Translations under genes and position numbers: made by a program | Part shown: in pieces, positions 24,023 to 37,100 of the stretch | Numbering within the stretch: the stretch's first letter is position 1 | How the letters are laid out: the number at the start of each line of letters is the position of its first letter | NCBI RefSeq assembly: GCF_000315625.1 | Contig: NW_005434625.1 | Span: 265,726-329,725, forward strand | Direction of reading: 5' to 3' | Source of the DNA: Guillardia theta CCMP2712 | Taxonomy: Eukaryota > Protista > Cryptophyta | DNA length: 64,000 nt | Notes under the pieces: model-generated | The model's database searches: none | Told to the model about the DNA's origin: nothing | Seen by the model: only the letters and a program-made list of their open reading frames with translations

Positions 24023-24172
24023 CCTCTCCTCCTCTCCTCCTCTCCTCCTCTCCTCCTCTCCTCCTCTCCTCCTCTCCTCCTCTCCTCCTCTCCTCCTCTC
24101 CTCCTCTCCTCCTCTCCTCCTCTCCTCCTCTCCTCCTCTCCTCCTCTCCTCCTCTCCTCCTCTCCTCCTCTC
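24023..24172. repeat. Perfect octamer satellite (CCTCTCCT)n, ~18-19 copies
   Basis: Read directly; lies in the spacer between the divergent Noc1 and VPS13-like genes. Confidence 0.9.
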
Positions 24173-25322
24173 ATAACTCCTCCCCGTTTGCTCTCGCATT
24201 GCATTCCACAGCCGCACGTGAAGTCAACGGGAACCATAACAGAGTAACGTTCATAACCGTCTTGTTGAGCCGGGCCCGGTCAGTCCGAGGGCCCGGTGAG
24301 AGTAAAGTGAACCGTACGTAGAGATTTTTGGTTATGAGCCTCGTCTCTCACTGCTGGGGGTGGGGGGTCCTCAATGAGGCTGCCTGATATTTTTGTGGTC
24401 GATTCCAGCTAGCCAGGACAGTCGGAGGGGGTAGGGGTGGTGCGACCGTTCGTCAAATGTACGGATGTAGAACAAATAGCAACAATATCTTTCATCAACT
24501 CTCTTTCTTTCAATATTTCGTACAATATATAAATACATAAATAAAACTGATATAAAGAATACCAGAATTCTCTATAAATTGTTTTTAGTTTGGTACTGTT
24601 TTCAGCCCCTAACAATCTCTTTTTTTTTCGTGAACAAATGTTCACACAACCCCCTCCCAGAATCCTCAAAGCACAAAGTACCCCATCAGTTGACTCATCA
24701 GCAGGGGGTCCCCATGTACTAGTCACTTCATGAAATGACTACCCTACCCCCTCGTATCCCATCAGGTTTATCTCTACTACAACGAGTTGTTTCCACCCTG
24801 CCTTCATCTACCACCCTACCCCATCAAATGTTAGTCTGGGTCCAAAAATATTCTGAGCTCTTTGGTACCCCCCTTTTTAACAGAGAAACACCCCCGACCT
24901 CTAGTCATCAGCACCCCTGCCTGTTCAGTGTACCCCTTCATAAACGATGCGAATTCAATCTACCCACCCCCCTTTGCCAGTACCACCCTTCTGTTTCCCT
25001 GGCTCAGACACGCCAGCATGGCGCGACAAAGACCAGGGACGAAGCGGCTCATGCGAGGAAGGAGCAGATTCTAGGAGCTCAAACCTCCTCCTCCGTGCTT
25101 AGACTTTGATATACCAACGTCAGACACGCTCTCATGCAAGCAGAGGAACTGCTGATGTCATCAGATTGACAACAACAATCCCTAGTCCACCGCACATTCG
25201 TGTCCTCTTTGCAGGCAGTGTCGGATGCATAAGGAGACCGTGTCTTCGTAGGAAGGTATCGCTCGACATTTTTAAGGATGGAGTCACTTGTCTACTCACA
25301 ATAAGTCGACGTCTTCTCGAGC

Positions 25323-28300
25323 ATGACAGCTGCGATTGTGCAGGTATATTTTTTTTTGATTTCGTAGTCCAGGAGCGAAGACTGGAAACCTTTTGGTCAC
25401 TTTGGTGGCAGGGTATCCTCGATAGATTCCTTCAGAAGTATCTGCACAATGTGACGACTGAGCACGCCACAGTATGGGGAGGACAGCTTGTCTTCAAGAA
25501 CGTGGAGCTCAAGCTCGACGTACTTCAGGTAAGAAGTACACGTTCGCGTGGTTTACTCAGCGCCGACTTTTGGTTTTCAGGAGGAGATAGGTCTGCCAGT
25601 TGTGTTTCGAAGAGGATTTGTGCAAGAACTTAAGGTTTTTCTCCCACTAGCAAACCTGTTGAGGGAGCATATTCGCATATCTTTCTCGAATGTCGAAGTT
25701 GTGGCGCAAACTCCAACATCAACTTCGGGTCCGGAGAGTTCCAACAGTAAGCCAGCGGGCAACAGCAACTCCACTGATTCCACAAGGAAGCAAAAGACAG
25801 ATAACGAGCAAGAGGGATGGGTGCAATCGATCTTGACTCGAATCGCGATCAACATAAAAGTAGACGTCAACAACCTGGTCTTCAAGTATTGCACCGAGCG
25901 GTTTGTTTGCACTTTCTCCTTCAAGACTCTGTCCTTGCAGCCCACCAACAGCATGTGGCAGCCTGCGTTCTGCGACTTTGCTGGTCCAACCAAGGCAGCC
26001 TGCAAAGTCCTGAGCATCGAAGACGTCACCTGGTGCCTTGACGCTGTAGATGATGGCGGGCGGGTGCCCATCTTCCAGCCTCCGATCATCAACAGGGAGC
26101 GAATTAGCGTGCGAATCATTGCGAGGAAAGCTCCTGATGGTCCCGTATCGCACCCTCAGTATCCGTTCAGACTTCCAGCGGCCCAGCTGGACATCGTGGG
26201 CAAGTCGCTGACAGCCACGATAAACGGCGCGCAGCTCGAGATGCTCTATCTGCTGATTGAGGAAGTGGATGATATGATCACGAAGATCAAGAAAAAAGTT
26301 ACGCCGAGCAAGCCGGAGAGCAACGAAGTGCAGAAGGAGAACTCCATGCGCTCCTTCGCGTCCCGAGAAGGGGAGGAGGAGACCTCCTTGGCATCTGAGA
26401 TGGAGATGGGAGGCTGGGTGAGGAGGCAGTTTCTCAACGGAGAGCAATCCGATGACTCCGACTTTGGGGAGGAGCTGTTTGAGTACGAGGGTTTGAAGAG
26501 CAGAGGAAGAAGCAGGTGGGCCATCGTTGATGCATGCTTCCGCATCCACCTCCAAGACATTGTGATCAAAGTCACAAGACAGACTCATGACTTTGCTCGT
26601 GACAACAACTCCGTACTTCTTGTCCAGGTGCGTTACCTTGTAATCATCCTCCCCTCTCCTTACGCTCGCTGTTCAGGCTAATCTGCACGACCTCTCTATA
26701 TATCAGAGAGCCTTGAGGATAGTGACACAGGATGACGATTGCAAGCCTTTGCCTATCTGCAGCCCTGGACTAGCTGCCAAGAGAAGCAGAAGCGCGTGGT
26801 CAACCCCGCCGCTCTCTCCTTCTCCAGCAGAGCTCGAGCTGGCAACAGCCCGCAGCATTTACGACTCGGACTCGATGCCGCAGGGGAGCGGCTGCAGCTC
26901 GACCGGGTGGACTGATACTGTTAATGTTCGAACGTTCGTGTTCGACGACACGATCGTGTGCCTGGGTGACGCCGTCCTGTCATTCAAGGGACCTCCTTTG
27001 TCGCATGAGTTCCTGTCATGCAGAAGAGGAGGGGTGGATACCTTCTGCAACCAGTTTCTCTCCGCCATGGAGCTGTTCTCTCGCGAGGAGTACGGCGAGA
27101 ACTGTGCTGTGGTGAATCACATGAAGGTCACGGATGTCTTTGATATGGAGAATGCGGAGACAGCTAGTAAGATTCAGCGTGTCTTCAAGAACGACATGGT
27201 AGACGCCTTGTGGCCGCTGCAGGAGTGTGAGGAGGAAGAAGCCTGGATAAGCTCTAGTGAGCTATGTTTTGTTATGGGCTACTCAGCCATGAAGCAGCGC
27301 GTCTCACGGGCACACGAACGAGTTTCCTTCTTGTCGCACTGTGAGGTCCAGGCAGCGCATGTTGCAGCATCCCCGGGAGGAGTTTCGAGGCTCATGGATG
27401 AAGAGAAGAAAGCTTACCCACAGGATGGCCTGGGCTTGCACGTGAAACTTCGACCTGTCGAGCTTCTTCTTCACGATCGATTGCTGTCTGTAATTAATAA
27501 GCTTGTTCCAAGCTCGAAGAATTCCAGGAAGATGTCAAGCTCACCCGCCAAGTCTAGACCTGTTGCCCTGGAGCAGATGTCGAAGGATTTTACAAAGTCG
27601 ATCAGCAAGATCCCACATTTGTTGGTGATCAAAGTTGAAGTTCAAAGAGGTGAGTTTCGTTTTCTTCTTTCTACTTTTGTCTGCATACCTTTGTATAATG
27701 CTCTTTATCGTACGCTTCTCTTGTATCTCCCTTTCTTTCCTGCTTCTTGGATTCACAGACCTGCATGTCCTTCCTCGTGTCCGCTCCTGTGGTCCATTCC
27801 GTGAATTATCTTCCAAACTCCGCCCGTCTACCCTCTAGCGTCTGCTGGCATCACCATCTCCTGACTTCTTGAGCAGTTCGCATCTCATATGCATCCTTCG
27901 ATCCTCTCATGATGGCAACGCCCGACGGGGCAGAGCGTTGTCTGATACTCTCGGCAGACAGCATGGAGTTACAATCATCCTTTCATGAGGACGGAGATGA
28001 TGAGCAGCTGGCTCCTTCATCAGCGTTTGTCACGCCTCATGCTACACCCAAGAAAGACGGGAGCTCGAGCGAACCCTCGTCGTCCTACCGTGCAAGGAGG
28101 CCGGAGAGTTCTCTCCACACTGCATGCATGAGCTCGAGGCTCCGTGTGAATCCACGAGTGCGAGGAGGGATGATGAGCGGGAAGGTGAGGACAACAAGGA
28201 GGAAACGGGGGATGGGGAGGCGGAGGAGCAGCAGCAGGAACGATTGCATGCCGCTGAACGTTCTCTTTCATGACAGATCCTGGGGTTGCGATGTGGCATA

Positions 28301-31255
28301 GGGGTGACATGTGTAGAGGAAGGTCGTCTAAAGATCAATCACGTTAGCAAGGACTACATCTTCTCCTACAGAAGCTTCACTGACAGTCCGTCAATGGTAA
28401 CGCTCAAGGTGCCGCACACTTGAATGCCTTGCCAACCCCTCCACCCCGTGAGCTTCGTGGGCAGATGGAGATGAGAAGATTCAACGACGAGATGGCACTG
28501 GGGGCTCGACCCCGAACTCCTTCGCCGCTGGGCGTGCAGGTAGGGAGGAGCAGGAAGAGGAGGGAGCGTTTTGATAATTGCTTCTTTAGCGAGAGCCGAA
28601 TGATGCGTCCATTCTTCAAGAAACTTCAGCCAACGGCGACGGGATGAAGTTTTCCGCGGAGGTGGAGGAGGTGAAAGTCTTCGTACTGGTGAATCGCATG
28701 CTTACGTTTGTCTTTGCTCTTCTCCGCCTCCTCCTCCTCCTTTTGTGGCTTCTTTCTACTCTCAACCACTTTGTCAATCCCGCCTCTGCTCCTTTCTCTT
28801 CGTTCTTTGACAGGTGTGCTTGTTTCTCTCCGACCACGACATGGGTTCGGTCCTCTCTGTCTTGTGCCCTTCGCCTTCGCTTGAGCGGCATGGAGAGCAA
28901 GGAGGACGAGGAGGAACCATATCAGATCAGCAAGAAGACAGAACCGAGACTCCAGCGCAAGGAGGAGGAGGAGCTGGGCTGTCCATCCTCCTCCGGGGGA
29001 CTTTGCTAGACATACAGACAGGCTACAAGGGACTTGCCTGCCGGGTTGAGGTACCGTACTCGTCCTTTGTTAGCATCTTCTGATCTACTTCGCCTCCTCG
29101 TGTCTTCTTCCTCCTCCCCCTGCTTCCTCCTCCTCCTGCAGACATCCAGCTTGCACGTGCAGGGGCCCTGGGTCGATCTCCACCTGGCAAGCTCAGGTCC
29201 AACCTGCTGTAACAGCTCCGCCCTCTTGACTCTCCTGCTCTCACAGATGCTGATCGAGCGCAAGGACTGTCCCCTGCTCCTCTCTCGCTCGACGTTCAGA
29301 TACCATGGGGAAGGATCCACCTGCAGACGGGGATGCAGCTACTCAACGAGCTGCGGAGATTCCCGAGGCACATGCGGATCAGCCCGGGCCTGTCGAAGCT
29401 CGTCGAGCACGGACTGGTGCGGAAGAAGAGAGGAGGAGGAGGAGGAGGAAAAGCAGGAGGAGGAGGACGGAGGAGGAGGAGGAGGAGGAGGAGGCAGCAA
29501 GTTTTGGGTGACTCCGCGTGCAGGAGGGGAGGGTGAGGGTGGGAGGGGTTACATTGAGCTTGTCGATGCTCGACATGATCCCTCTCATTTCGAAGCTTGT
29601 TGGTGATGGAAATCTCAAGGTCTTCATTCCTCCCTCCCTTCTCCTCCTCCGTCTCCTTCTCCACCACCACCACGTCCTCCTCCTCCTCCCCCTCCTCCTC
29701 CTCCTCCTCGATGCCTCACCCCATCGCTGCCCCACTGCTTGGACCGACTCCTTCCCTGCTCGTTATAACTCTGCCAGTCCTGCCTGCCATTCCTTCCATT
29801 ACCCCGTTGGCTCCCATCGGCCCTCTTCCCTCTCCTTTGTTATCTTCCTTTCATTTTCTTCATCTTAGATTTGCATATCTCCCTTTTACCTCGTCTGTTT
29901 TTCTCCTTCCCTCTCATACTACTCGTCTGCAGAGCGGTCACTACGGTAACAAAGTCCCTGACGTGGTCACGTGGGAAAGGCTAGTCGACGCGATGACACA
30001 AGTGAGCGCCAGAAATCACGAGCCCCTCCTTTTTCTCTTCTTCTTCCTCTTCTTCTTCTTCTTCCTCCTCCTCCTCCTCCTCACCCCCCGCTCTCCTTCC
30101 TCCTCCTCCTCCTCATCTTCCTCCTTCCTCTCCTTGCGTTTGTATTCACTCTTTCGTCCTCCTCTCTCACCCTCCTCCCATTCTATTCCAAAACCTCTTG
30201 GACTGGCTCCGTCGGATTTCTGTTCACCTTCCACAGGTCCGTCAACTACAGCGGGAAAACGAGATGCTCAAGGAGCAGGTGAACTTCGCCTCCTCCCTCC
30301 CTCCTCCTCCCTCCCTCCTCCTCCTTCCCTCCCTCCCGCCCTCCTCCTACTTCCCCTCTCTCAAGGAGGCCAGAGCCTCAAGAACGTCTCCTTCCTTTCC
30401 TTGAGCGTCACCGTGACTCATCACTGTCAGATGAGCAGCCTGCAGACCCTGGAGGGAGACCATGGCGCCTGCTTGCGCTCGAGCATCCGGCCGCCTGTAG
30501 GGAGAGGTCTCCCATTGGAGATGATCGGGCATGCCAGCCAGAGTTTCAGCTCTTCCAAGCATAAGAAGGGCAGCGGCGCTGTGGATGGTGAGCGAGTGGA
30601 AGTCAGAGAGAGGAGGGAAAGGAGGGACGGGCAAGAGGGATCGGGTGGAGAGGAGGACGAGGCGGCTGATGGGGTCGCAGGGTCGCAGGTGCAGGAGTGG
30701 TTGGGCATGATGGGATGCCAAGGTCAGCTGGTGACCAGCTAGACTGACATGGAGTTTGACCTGTTGACTTGCAGACGGGGGAGAAGGGGGAAAGGCTGCT
30801 GGCAATGTCTGCAACTCCTCCCACTGGACGAGGGTCCGTACCTCCCTCCTCTTGCTGCGTTCCCCTCGTTTTTTTTGTTCTGCCACTCCACCATCCCCTC
30901 CTCCTCCTCCTCCTCCTCCTCCTCCTCCTCCTCCTCCTCCTCCTCCTCCTCCTCCTCCTCCTCCTCCTCCTCCTCCTCTCCCAACCCCCATCCCATCCCA
31001 CTCTCCTCGCCTTCTTGCTTCTTGTCGGGCTCATGCTTCAACAGTTGATTCTATCAAGAGACTATGGCTCTCCTCGAAATCTCCCTGTGCGACCTACGGT
31101 ACGCCGAGTCGAGCTGCTTCCTAGCTCAGCTCTGCAGTGATGTAAATCTGCAGATTGCCGGGCTGGTGACTTACGCTCTCCTCCTGCACTTCGTCATCGC
31201 GTATCTGCTACATGATCTCTCCAAGAGAGGTCTGCCACCAAGCAAGCTAGAGTGA
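25323..31255 (+). CDS. VPS13B-like (Chorein_N) bridge-like lipid transfer protein, short form
   Basis: Spliced N-terminus MTAAIVQGILDRFLQKYLHNV...VWGGQLVFKNVELKLDVLQEEIGLPVVFRRGFVQEL and GWVQSILTRIAINIKVDVNNLVFKY...CLDAVDDGGRVPIFQPPII resemble the VPS13B N-terminus. The 3' end is uncertain (31048-31255). Confidence 0.75.
30896..30978. repeat. (CCT)n microsatellite, ~27 copies, intronic
   Basis: Read directly. Confidence 0.95.
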
Positions 31256-31382
31256 GGGCGAAGGTGGGGAAGGTGAAGCGGCAGCGGTTGCGGGCGGAGC
31301 CACAAGGGGGTGAGGAGTGGGAGACAAGGAAGTGGGTTACATTTATTCTTTTATATCAAAGCAAGCATCACATTCAAAGTCT

Positions 31383-33590
31383 TCACAGCAACATCCCCAT
31401 GCCCGCAGACAACAAGAAGATCAGCGCGACCTGCCATCGGCCGATGCGGCAGGAACTCGCGGCCCCGGTGAAGGGGTAGAAGATGTCGTTGGGGAGGACA
31501 GGAAGCACAGAGGGAATGGGGGGCATCACCTCCACAGCCCCACCGTTGGCGATCTTGAGGAAGGAGACGGTGGTGGTGATGGTGTACAAGTTGGGCTTCG
31601 AATCGTCGGGCTGCTGGGCGATCCACAAGGACTGACCGTACACGATTCGTGCTCCGATGATCTTCTGCTGCGGGTTGCGCAGGCTTCCCTCGTCTGCTGT
31701 CAGAACCTCCAAGTGGATCGAGTTGACCACGTTCGAGCAATTGCCTCGCGGGTCCCATGCTTGGCTCGTGCTGGGGTTGCCGGGGGTGTCCGCCAGCTGC
31801 TGCTGGTTCGGGTTGTTGGGGACCCAGTCCAGGTAGTTGCTGGGGTCAGAGTTGCCCCAGATCCCCAGGCGGAGACTGCTGGGATAGCGCAGGAGGGGAT
31901 GAAGCGCTCCAGCTGAGCAGAAGCTGGCCAACTGCGACCTGGTAAGCTGCAGCTGGCAGCCGAGTCGTATGTCCTCGTTGAAGAGGACAGGCACTCGCTC
32001 TCTCCCATCAAACCCTTCGCTTCCTCCGGGGTCGCTGGTGCAGCTCGAGGGCCATGCAGTACCGACTCCTGAGGGACAAACGCGGCAGAGACCCTTCGAG
32101 TCCGCCATGTTCGGGAGGGTCAACCCGTCCAGCAGTTGCTCGATCACTGTGTTCCCTCCCGCGTCTGTGGTGGACAGGCCGGCAAGGATCGGCTTGCCTG
32201 TCAAGTATCCTGGGTTGCCAGACTTCTGAATCTCTGCTCGAGCCACTGCCGTCACCTTCTGCTCGTTCTTGGCGTTGAGGAAGGAGGCGTCGAACTGTTG
32301 GGACATCCAAACCTCGTTGGAGGAGGAGTAGGGAACCTTGTCTCGGATGCGGACTACCGCCTTGACGCTGCTGATGCCACCACTCCCATCCAGCACGAAA
32401 TTGAACCGGATTGACTCCAAGACATTCTCGCAGACCTTGTTGGTGTTGTCTTGCTGCGGGGTTGGGATGCTGGGAAGTGAGAGGGTTTCGAGGAGCGTGC
32501 CGTTCTCGGTTCTTCGCACGAGGTAAGCATCCACTTGAATTTGCAACCATTTCGTGATGTCAGACCACGAAGCGATATCTGTTCCAAGAGGAGTCTTAGC
32601 GACGTATCGGTTTGAAAGGTACTGGGTAGCTGAAAGGGAGGAACTAGCCTGACAAGCGTTTGCCACCAGACCTCCTACCATGCACGGCAGACTGGGCGCC
32701 GTCCCGTCCCAGTAGCGTACAAGGTTGCCTTCCTGGCAGAACCCGTTGGGTCCTGGGTAAGGGAGGGAGAAATGGCGCAAACCTATGAAGGAATCGACCT
32801 TCGAAGCCAGGTATTCACCATGCGCAACGGCAATCGGCATTCCCACGAGGTAAGCCCCAGCTGAGACGAAGTCTTGAAGAGGAGGCGAAGGAAGCCAGAC
32901 GCCATACTCCTGGTTGCTGAACTCGATACGCACCTTGTCGTTTGTGACTGGATCAGGCTGAGGGATGAAGAAATAGCCGCTCGAAGGATTGTTGTTGCGA
33001 GCCACACAGAGGGGAGAGTTTTCAAGAACGGTCGGAGAGTTGATCTTGAGGAAGGTGTCCGGCGAGACGCACAAGGGCACTAGAGCAGGAGGGATGGAGG
33101 AGGCGTTCGAGACCTTGATGGGAACTGTGTAGGCCGTCGAGAACAAAGCGACCTCTGCTCCTGTGCAGTCACGTCCGAGCGCTACCGTGTCACAAGGGCA
33201 GTTGGCATCGCAATAACTCGCCGTCAGGTCGCACACGCAGGGCCCCAAGTCCGTGTTAGAAGGCTGAGGTCGAACGAACGGGGTGGCGTTGGCTGTGGGA
33301 GCAGGCGATAACACAGACGGCAAGTTTGCAACTGAGTACGGGGATGGCGTTGACGAAAGGTTGTAGAACTCAGCAGTAGTCGTGTAGTACTCAGTTGATG
33401 AAATATTCACGATCGAGGTTGTGAGTATTCCTGTCGTGGTGGTCGGCGCAGTTGTATGGATTCCTGTGGAGCTGGCGCTGGTGAGGTTGGTTGCGTTGAC
33501 GCCCGTGATATTTGTCGAGTTTGGGTCGGCTGCCCTCACAGATTCAAAGAGAAGGGTGGCCAGGATAGCAATGATTGCCTTTGAAGTCAT
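31383..33590 (-). CDS. TCTN: Tectonic family ciliary transition-zone protein (735 aa, intronless)
   Basis: Signal peptide, S/T-rich stalk, CVCDLTASYCDANCPCD, SGNPGYLTGKPILAG, LPNDIFYPF and a hydrophobic GPI/TM tail. Confidence 0.9.
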   Translation of the reverse strand: MTSKAIIAILATLLFESVRAADPNSTNITGVNATNLTSASSTGIHTTAPTTTTGILTTSIVNISSTEYYTTTAEFYNLSSTPSPYSVANLPSVLSPAPTANATPFVRPQPSNTDLGPCVCDLTASYCDANCPCDTVALGRDCTGAEVALFSTAYTVPIKVSNASSIPPALVPLCVSPDTFLKINSPTVLENSPLCVARNNNPSSGYFFIPQPDPVTNDKVRIEFSNQEYGVWLPSPPLQDFVSAGAYLVGMPIAVAHGEYLASKVDSFIGLRHFSLPYPGPNGFCQEGNLVRYWDGTAPSLPCMVGGLVANACQASSSLSATQYLSNRYVAKTPLGTDIASWSDITKWLQIQVDAYLVRRTENGTLLETLSLPSIPTPQQDNTNKVCENVLESIRFNFVLDGSGGISSVKAVVRIRDKVPYSSSNEVWMSQQFDASFLNAKNEQKVTAVARAEIQKSGNPGYLTGKPILAGLSTTDAGGNTVIEQLLDGLTLPNMADSKGLCRVCPSGVGTAWPSSCTSDPGGSEGFDGRERVPVLFNEDIRLGCQLQLTRSQLASFCSAGALHPLLRYPSSLRLGIWGNSDPSNYLDWVPNNPNQQQLADTPGNPSTSQAWDPRGNCSNVVNSIHLEVLTADEGSLRNPQQKIIGARIVYGQSLWIAQQPDDSKPNLYTITTTVSFLKIANGGAVEVMPPIPSVLPVLPNDIFYPFTGAASSCRIGRWQVALIFLLSAGMGMLL

Positions 33591-34164
33591 GCTGCGTATC
33601 CTTTTAGAGTCTTCTGTTCATGCTCATGCGCTTGCCAGGCCTCTGATCTCGTAGTCTCCTATTCCCGCTTCCTCAATATCACTACTCTTGCACCCTACCC
33701 TGCTCGCCCTCACACACACTGTCTGACTCTCGCTCAAATGGACTTCTTCTCTGCTTTTCCCACTTGTCCTTCACTTCTCTCCTCTCTCTCTCCCTCGTCT
33801 CCTTCCCTTCTCTCCTCTCTCCTCCTTCTCTTTCCCTCCTGCCCTCGCCACTGCTCTTTGCCCTTCCCGCCAACGACTGTCCCCCCTCCTCCCCCACACA
33901 CAAATCGGCTGAAGAGCCTGCCTCAGAGTTTAACCAATCGCCCGGCAGCCGGGTGCCCGGCCCGGGCCCGGCCTGCGGGGCAGTGGCCGGGCCGGGCCGG
34001 TGGACGGTGCCCCATCAGTGAACGGCGTGACTTGACCAGAACTGAGTCCGTTGCAAGCCGATGAGCTAGTCATCAGACATTCTTTACTTCATTACTTTAT
34101 TATGATTTAACCTGAATGAGAATTGAATTCAAATGTCAAAATAATCATTAAAAATTTAACTGGC

Positions 34165-37100
34165 TCAATCCGAGGTTTCTTGCGAACGTCCTCGCAGGTT
34201 CTGCAGCGTCAGCAAGTAAACTCGCCCAATGAAGTCGGAGACGACGACCTGCGGTTGGCCTTCCGCGTCGTCAAGAACATCCATGCACGTGAAGTCTGTC
34301 GGGTAGGGGCTGTGGAAGCGACATACTGTATCTCCATTGCTGGCATCGACCACAGAGACGACCGGGCAGTCGAGAATGCTCGAGGCGGCTGACAGCACCA
34401 CGATGTAACCATCGTTGCAGACCCAACGGCAGTTGCGGTCTTGCAACTTGGCGTGGAGCAGGATGGGATCGTCTGCCTCTGTTTCCACCTCCCCGCTGCT
34501 CAAGTTCAAGATCGACAGTCCCGTCGCCTTCACCGTGTACCCTGACCCCTCCATGGTTATGACTGCTGCACGCTGCCCGTCGCCAGAGACGCTCACCGAC
34601 ATGGCCGGCGGCCCGACGTTTTCAGTAGCGTTTCCTCCTTGCAGCAACTTGATCGTGTGATTTTGACAAGCTGCAACTGCCACGTCTCCAGCTGGACTCC
34701 AGTCCATGTCCATCAGCCATCCAGCTTGGGCCCAGGTGGCCTCAGCGTGCTCGCCGTTCATCAGAGCAAGCGAGCCTCCGTGCCCTCCGACGAGGACTTG
34801 GTTGTTCGATCCTGGTTTCCACCTTGTGGTGGTGCCTGCAGCAGGGAAATTGTACGAGTCCAGCGCCGTGCCGCCCTTCCCATTAGGGTAGCTGATCAGA
34901 TAGTTACTGCCATAGGTGGTAAAGGCCCAGCGCTCGCCGTCAGGGGCCAAGTCAGCCTTCCTTTCCACCTGCTTTTCTGCCCCGGCCTCAAGTTCCTCAT
35001 CTTTCAACACGTCCAGGGGGTCAGTGGATGCAAGAATCGACGTGATCGTTTTGGTCAAGGCCCGCAGCTTCTGACCCCCCTCGACGAATCGGATGCCTGC
35101 CAGCGGCCGCTCGTCGAAACTGTCCTTCCTCCCGCTGGGGTCGTTGAGCAGAACGTTCCGACGGTCCCACGACTTGGCCGAGCGATCGCTCGAAGCAGTA
35201 AGGATCAGGTCGCCAACCCAGGAAACCGCAAACACCCAGCGCAAGTGACCGACAATCTTTCCCAGCAGCTGCCCAGTCCTGCAGCTGAAGACTCGACCTA
35301 CCCGATCGGCAGCTCCCGTCACGATCTCGCTACCATCTGGGGAGAAGGCGCAAGTCCACACCTCGGAGACATGCTCTCGCAGCCGCAGCCTCATCCGGAA
35401 GGAGCTTTCCTTGCCGTCTCTCGTGCTGCTCCATAGCGTGCACCCGCCCTCAGACAGCGCTAGAGCGATCTGAAGGCCATCGCTGGAGGTGTCAACGCAG
35501 TTGATATGGCTTCTAGCGGTCATGCGAGCAACGGCTGCTCTCCTGTCAATGTTCCAGATGGCTGCGTACCCGTCAAGACTCCCCGAGATCGCGTACGTCT
35601 CCTTCCAGTGCAGAAAGCGGACGCTCTGCACAGGTCCTGTGTGCCCCTCCAGCGCTGCGAGCAAGGAGCCTCTCTTCTCCTCGTATTGCCACAGGTAGAC
35701 GATCCCGTTGCTACTTCCTACCAGCACTTGGTTCTCCCTCGGAGCGAACGCGCAAGAAGTCAGCCATGCAGGGTGAGGGCCGAACTCGACGAGGGTTTTT
35801 CCGCTGCTCGCCTGCCACAACTTAGCCCAGCCATCTCTCGCCACCGACAGGACGGACAACGAATCAGGTGAGTAGCGAACGTCCATCACGATGGCCTCAT
35901 GGCCGACGAATCGAGATATCTGACGGCTTGAGAGTTGCTCGTAGACGAAGCACATGCTGCCAGCCCCAACAACGTAGCTGCTTCCCTTCGGCTCGATGTC
36001 GCAGCAGAGCATGGGAGACTGGCACAGCTGAGTCTGCGTGCAGGCATCGAAAAGTAGGGGGGCGTTCCTCCACTGGACCCAAGGACGAGGATCCTCGAGA
36101 AGGGAGGCGGCAGCAGCTACAGCGCTGACAGTAGGAGCGTTGCAAGCAAGTCCCATCAAGGCGTTCGGCTCCAAGCAGAGAACATGGAACCACTTGCGGA
36201 CGAAGCGGAAGAAGTCAGTCACGTGGGACAACCGTTGAGCTTCCGCAGGCTCTTGCTGGAGGTGAAGCAGACAGTCACTGAAGTCGATGAGAAGATCCTC
36301 CGCGTAGTTTCTTCCGCTCTCAAAGACAGCCTCCAGGTACCCGAGGTCGCAGAGGTAGCTGATCAGCTGTTTGTGCTTCCCTGCTGCACGAAGGGCCCCT
36401 CCTAGCTCCTTGACCTTCTGTCTATTCGGGAGGCCGAGCGGCTGCTGCTGACTTGAGCTGGAAGTCTCGAAGCGGAGGGGCTGGGGGTCGATTTGTCGTT
36501 CGGAGAAGCGAGCAGCGAGGAGGCCGGTGAAGTAGTCGGCGAGGGAGGAGTAGTGCCTCTGCCGGACCTCCTGCATTCCAAAGTATCGGCTGCTCGCCAT
36601 CTCCCAGAACTGCCGGTGGTAGAGGTTGAGGACGGAGACGCCGTTTTCTCCTCGCTCAACGAGGTAGTCTCCCAGGTCCCTGCGCAGACGGGAGAATACG
36701 AGGGGCGGCAGTCTCCGCATGGGAGGATCATGGTACTCCAGCACAGACCCCGGCACCCCTCGCTGCCCCAGCACCTCGTCGTTGCCGCTGATGAGGTCGA
36801 GGAAGTTGGTTTCGCTGAGGCCACAGCGGGAGGCGCACAGGAGTCCCATCATCTCCGCCACGAGCCGCGACCCGTGCAGCCTCTCCAGGTCGTCGAAGAT
36901 GAGGGAGATCAGCCCATTCACGCTGGACGGCAGCTGGGCTGGGGCATCGTGCGACCTCCATCGCATCACCCGATCGAAGAGGAGGCGGAGGTGGAGCATC
37001 GTGACCGACTCGACCTGCGTGAGTGAGTCCCTCAGGATCTCTTCCTGCTTCGGCTGAAGCCCACGGCCGGACTTGGCCATCCACTCCTGCAGGATGACGA

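Noticed and set aside
24023-24172. Telomeric repeat (also considered for the TAACCG array at 54412-54535)
   Set aside because: Neither matches a telomere unit I recognise, and both are short and internal.
18657-31140. Many poly-S/P/L/R/E ORFs
   Set aside because: Translations of intronic microsatellites or antisense frames.
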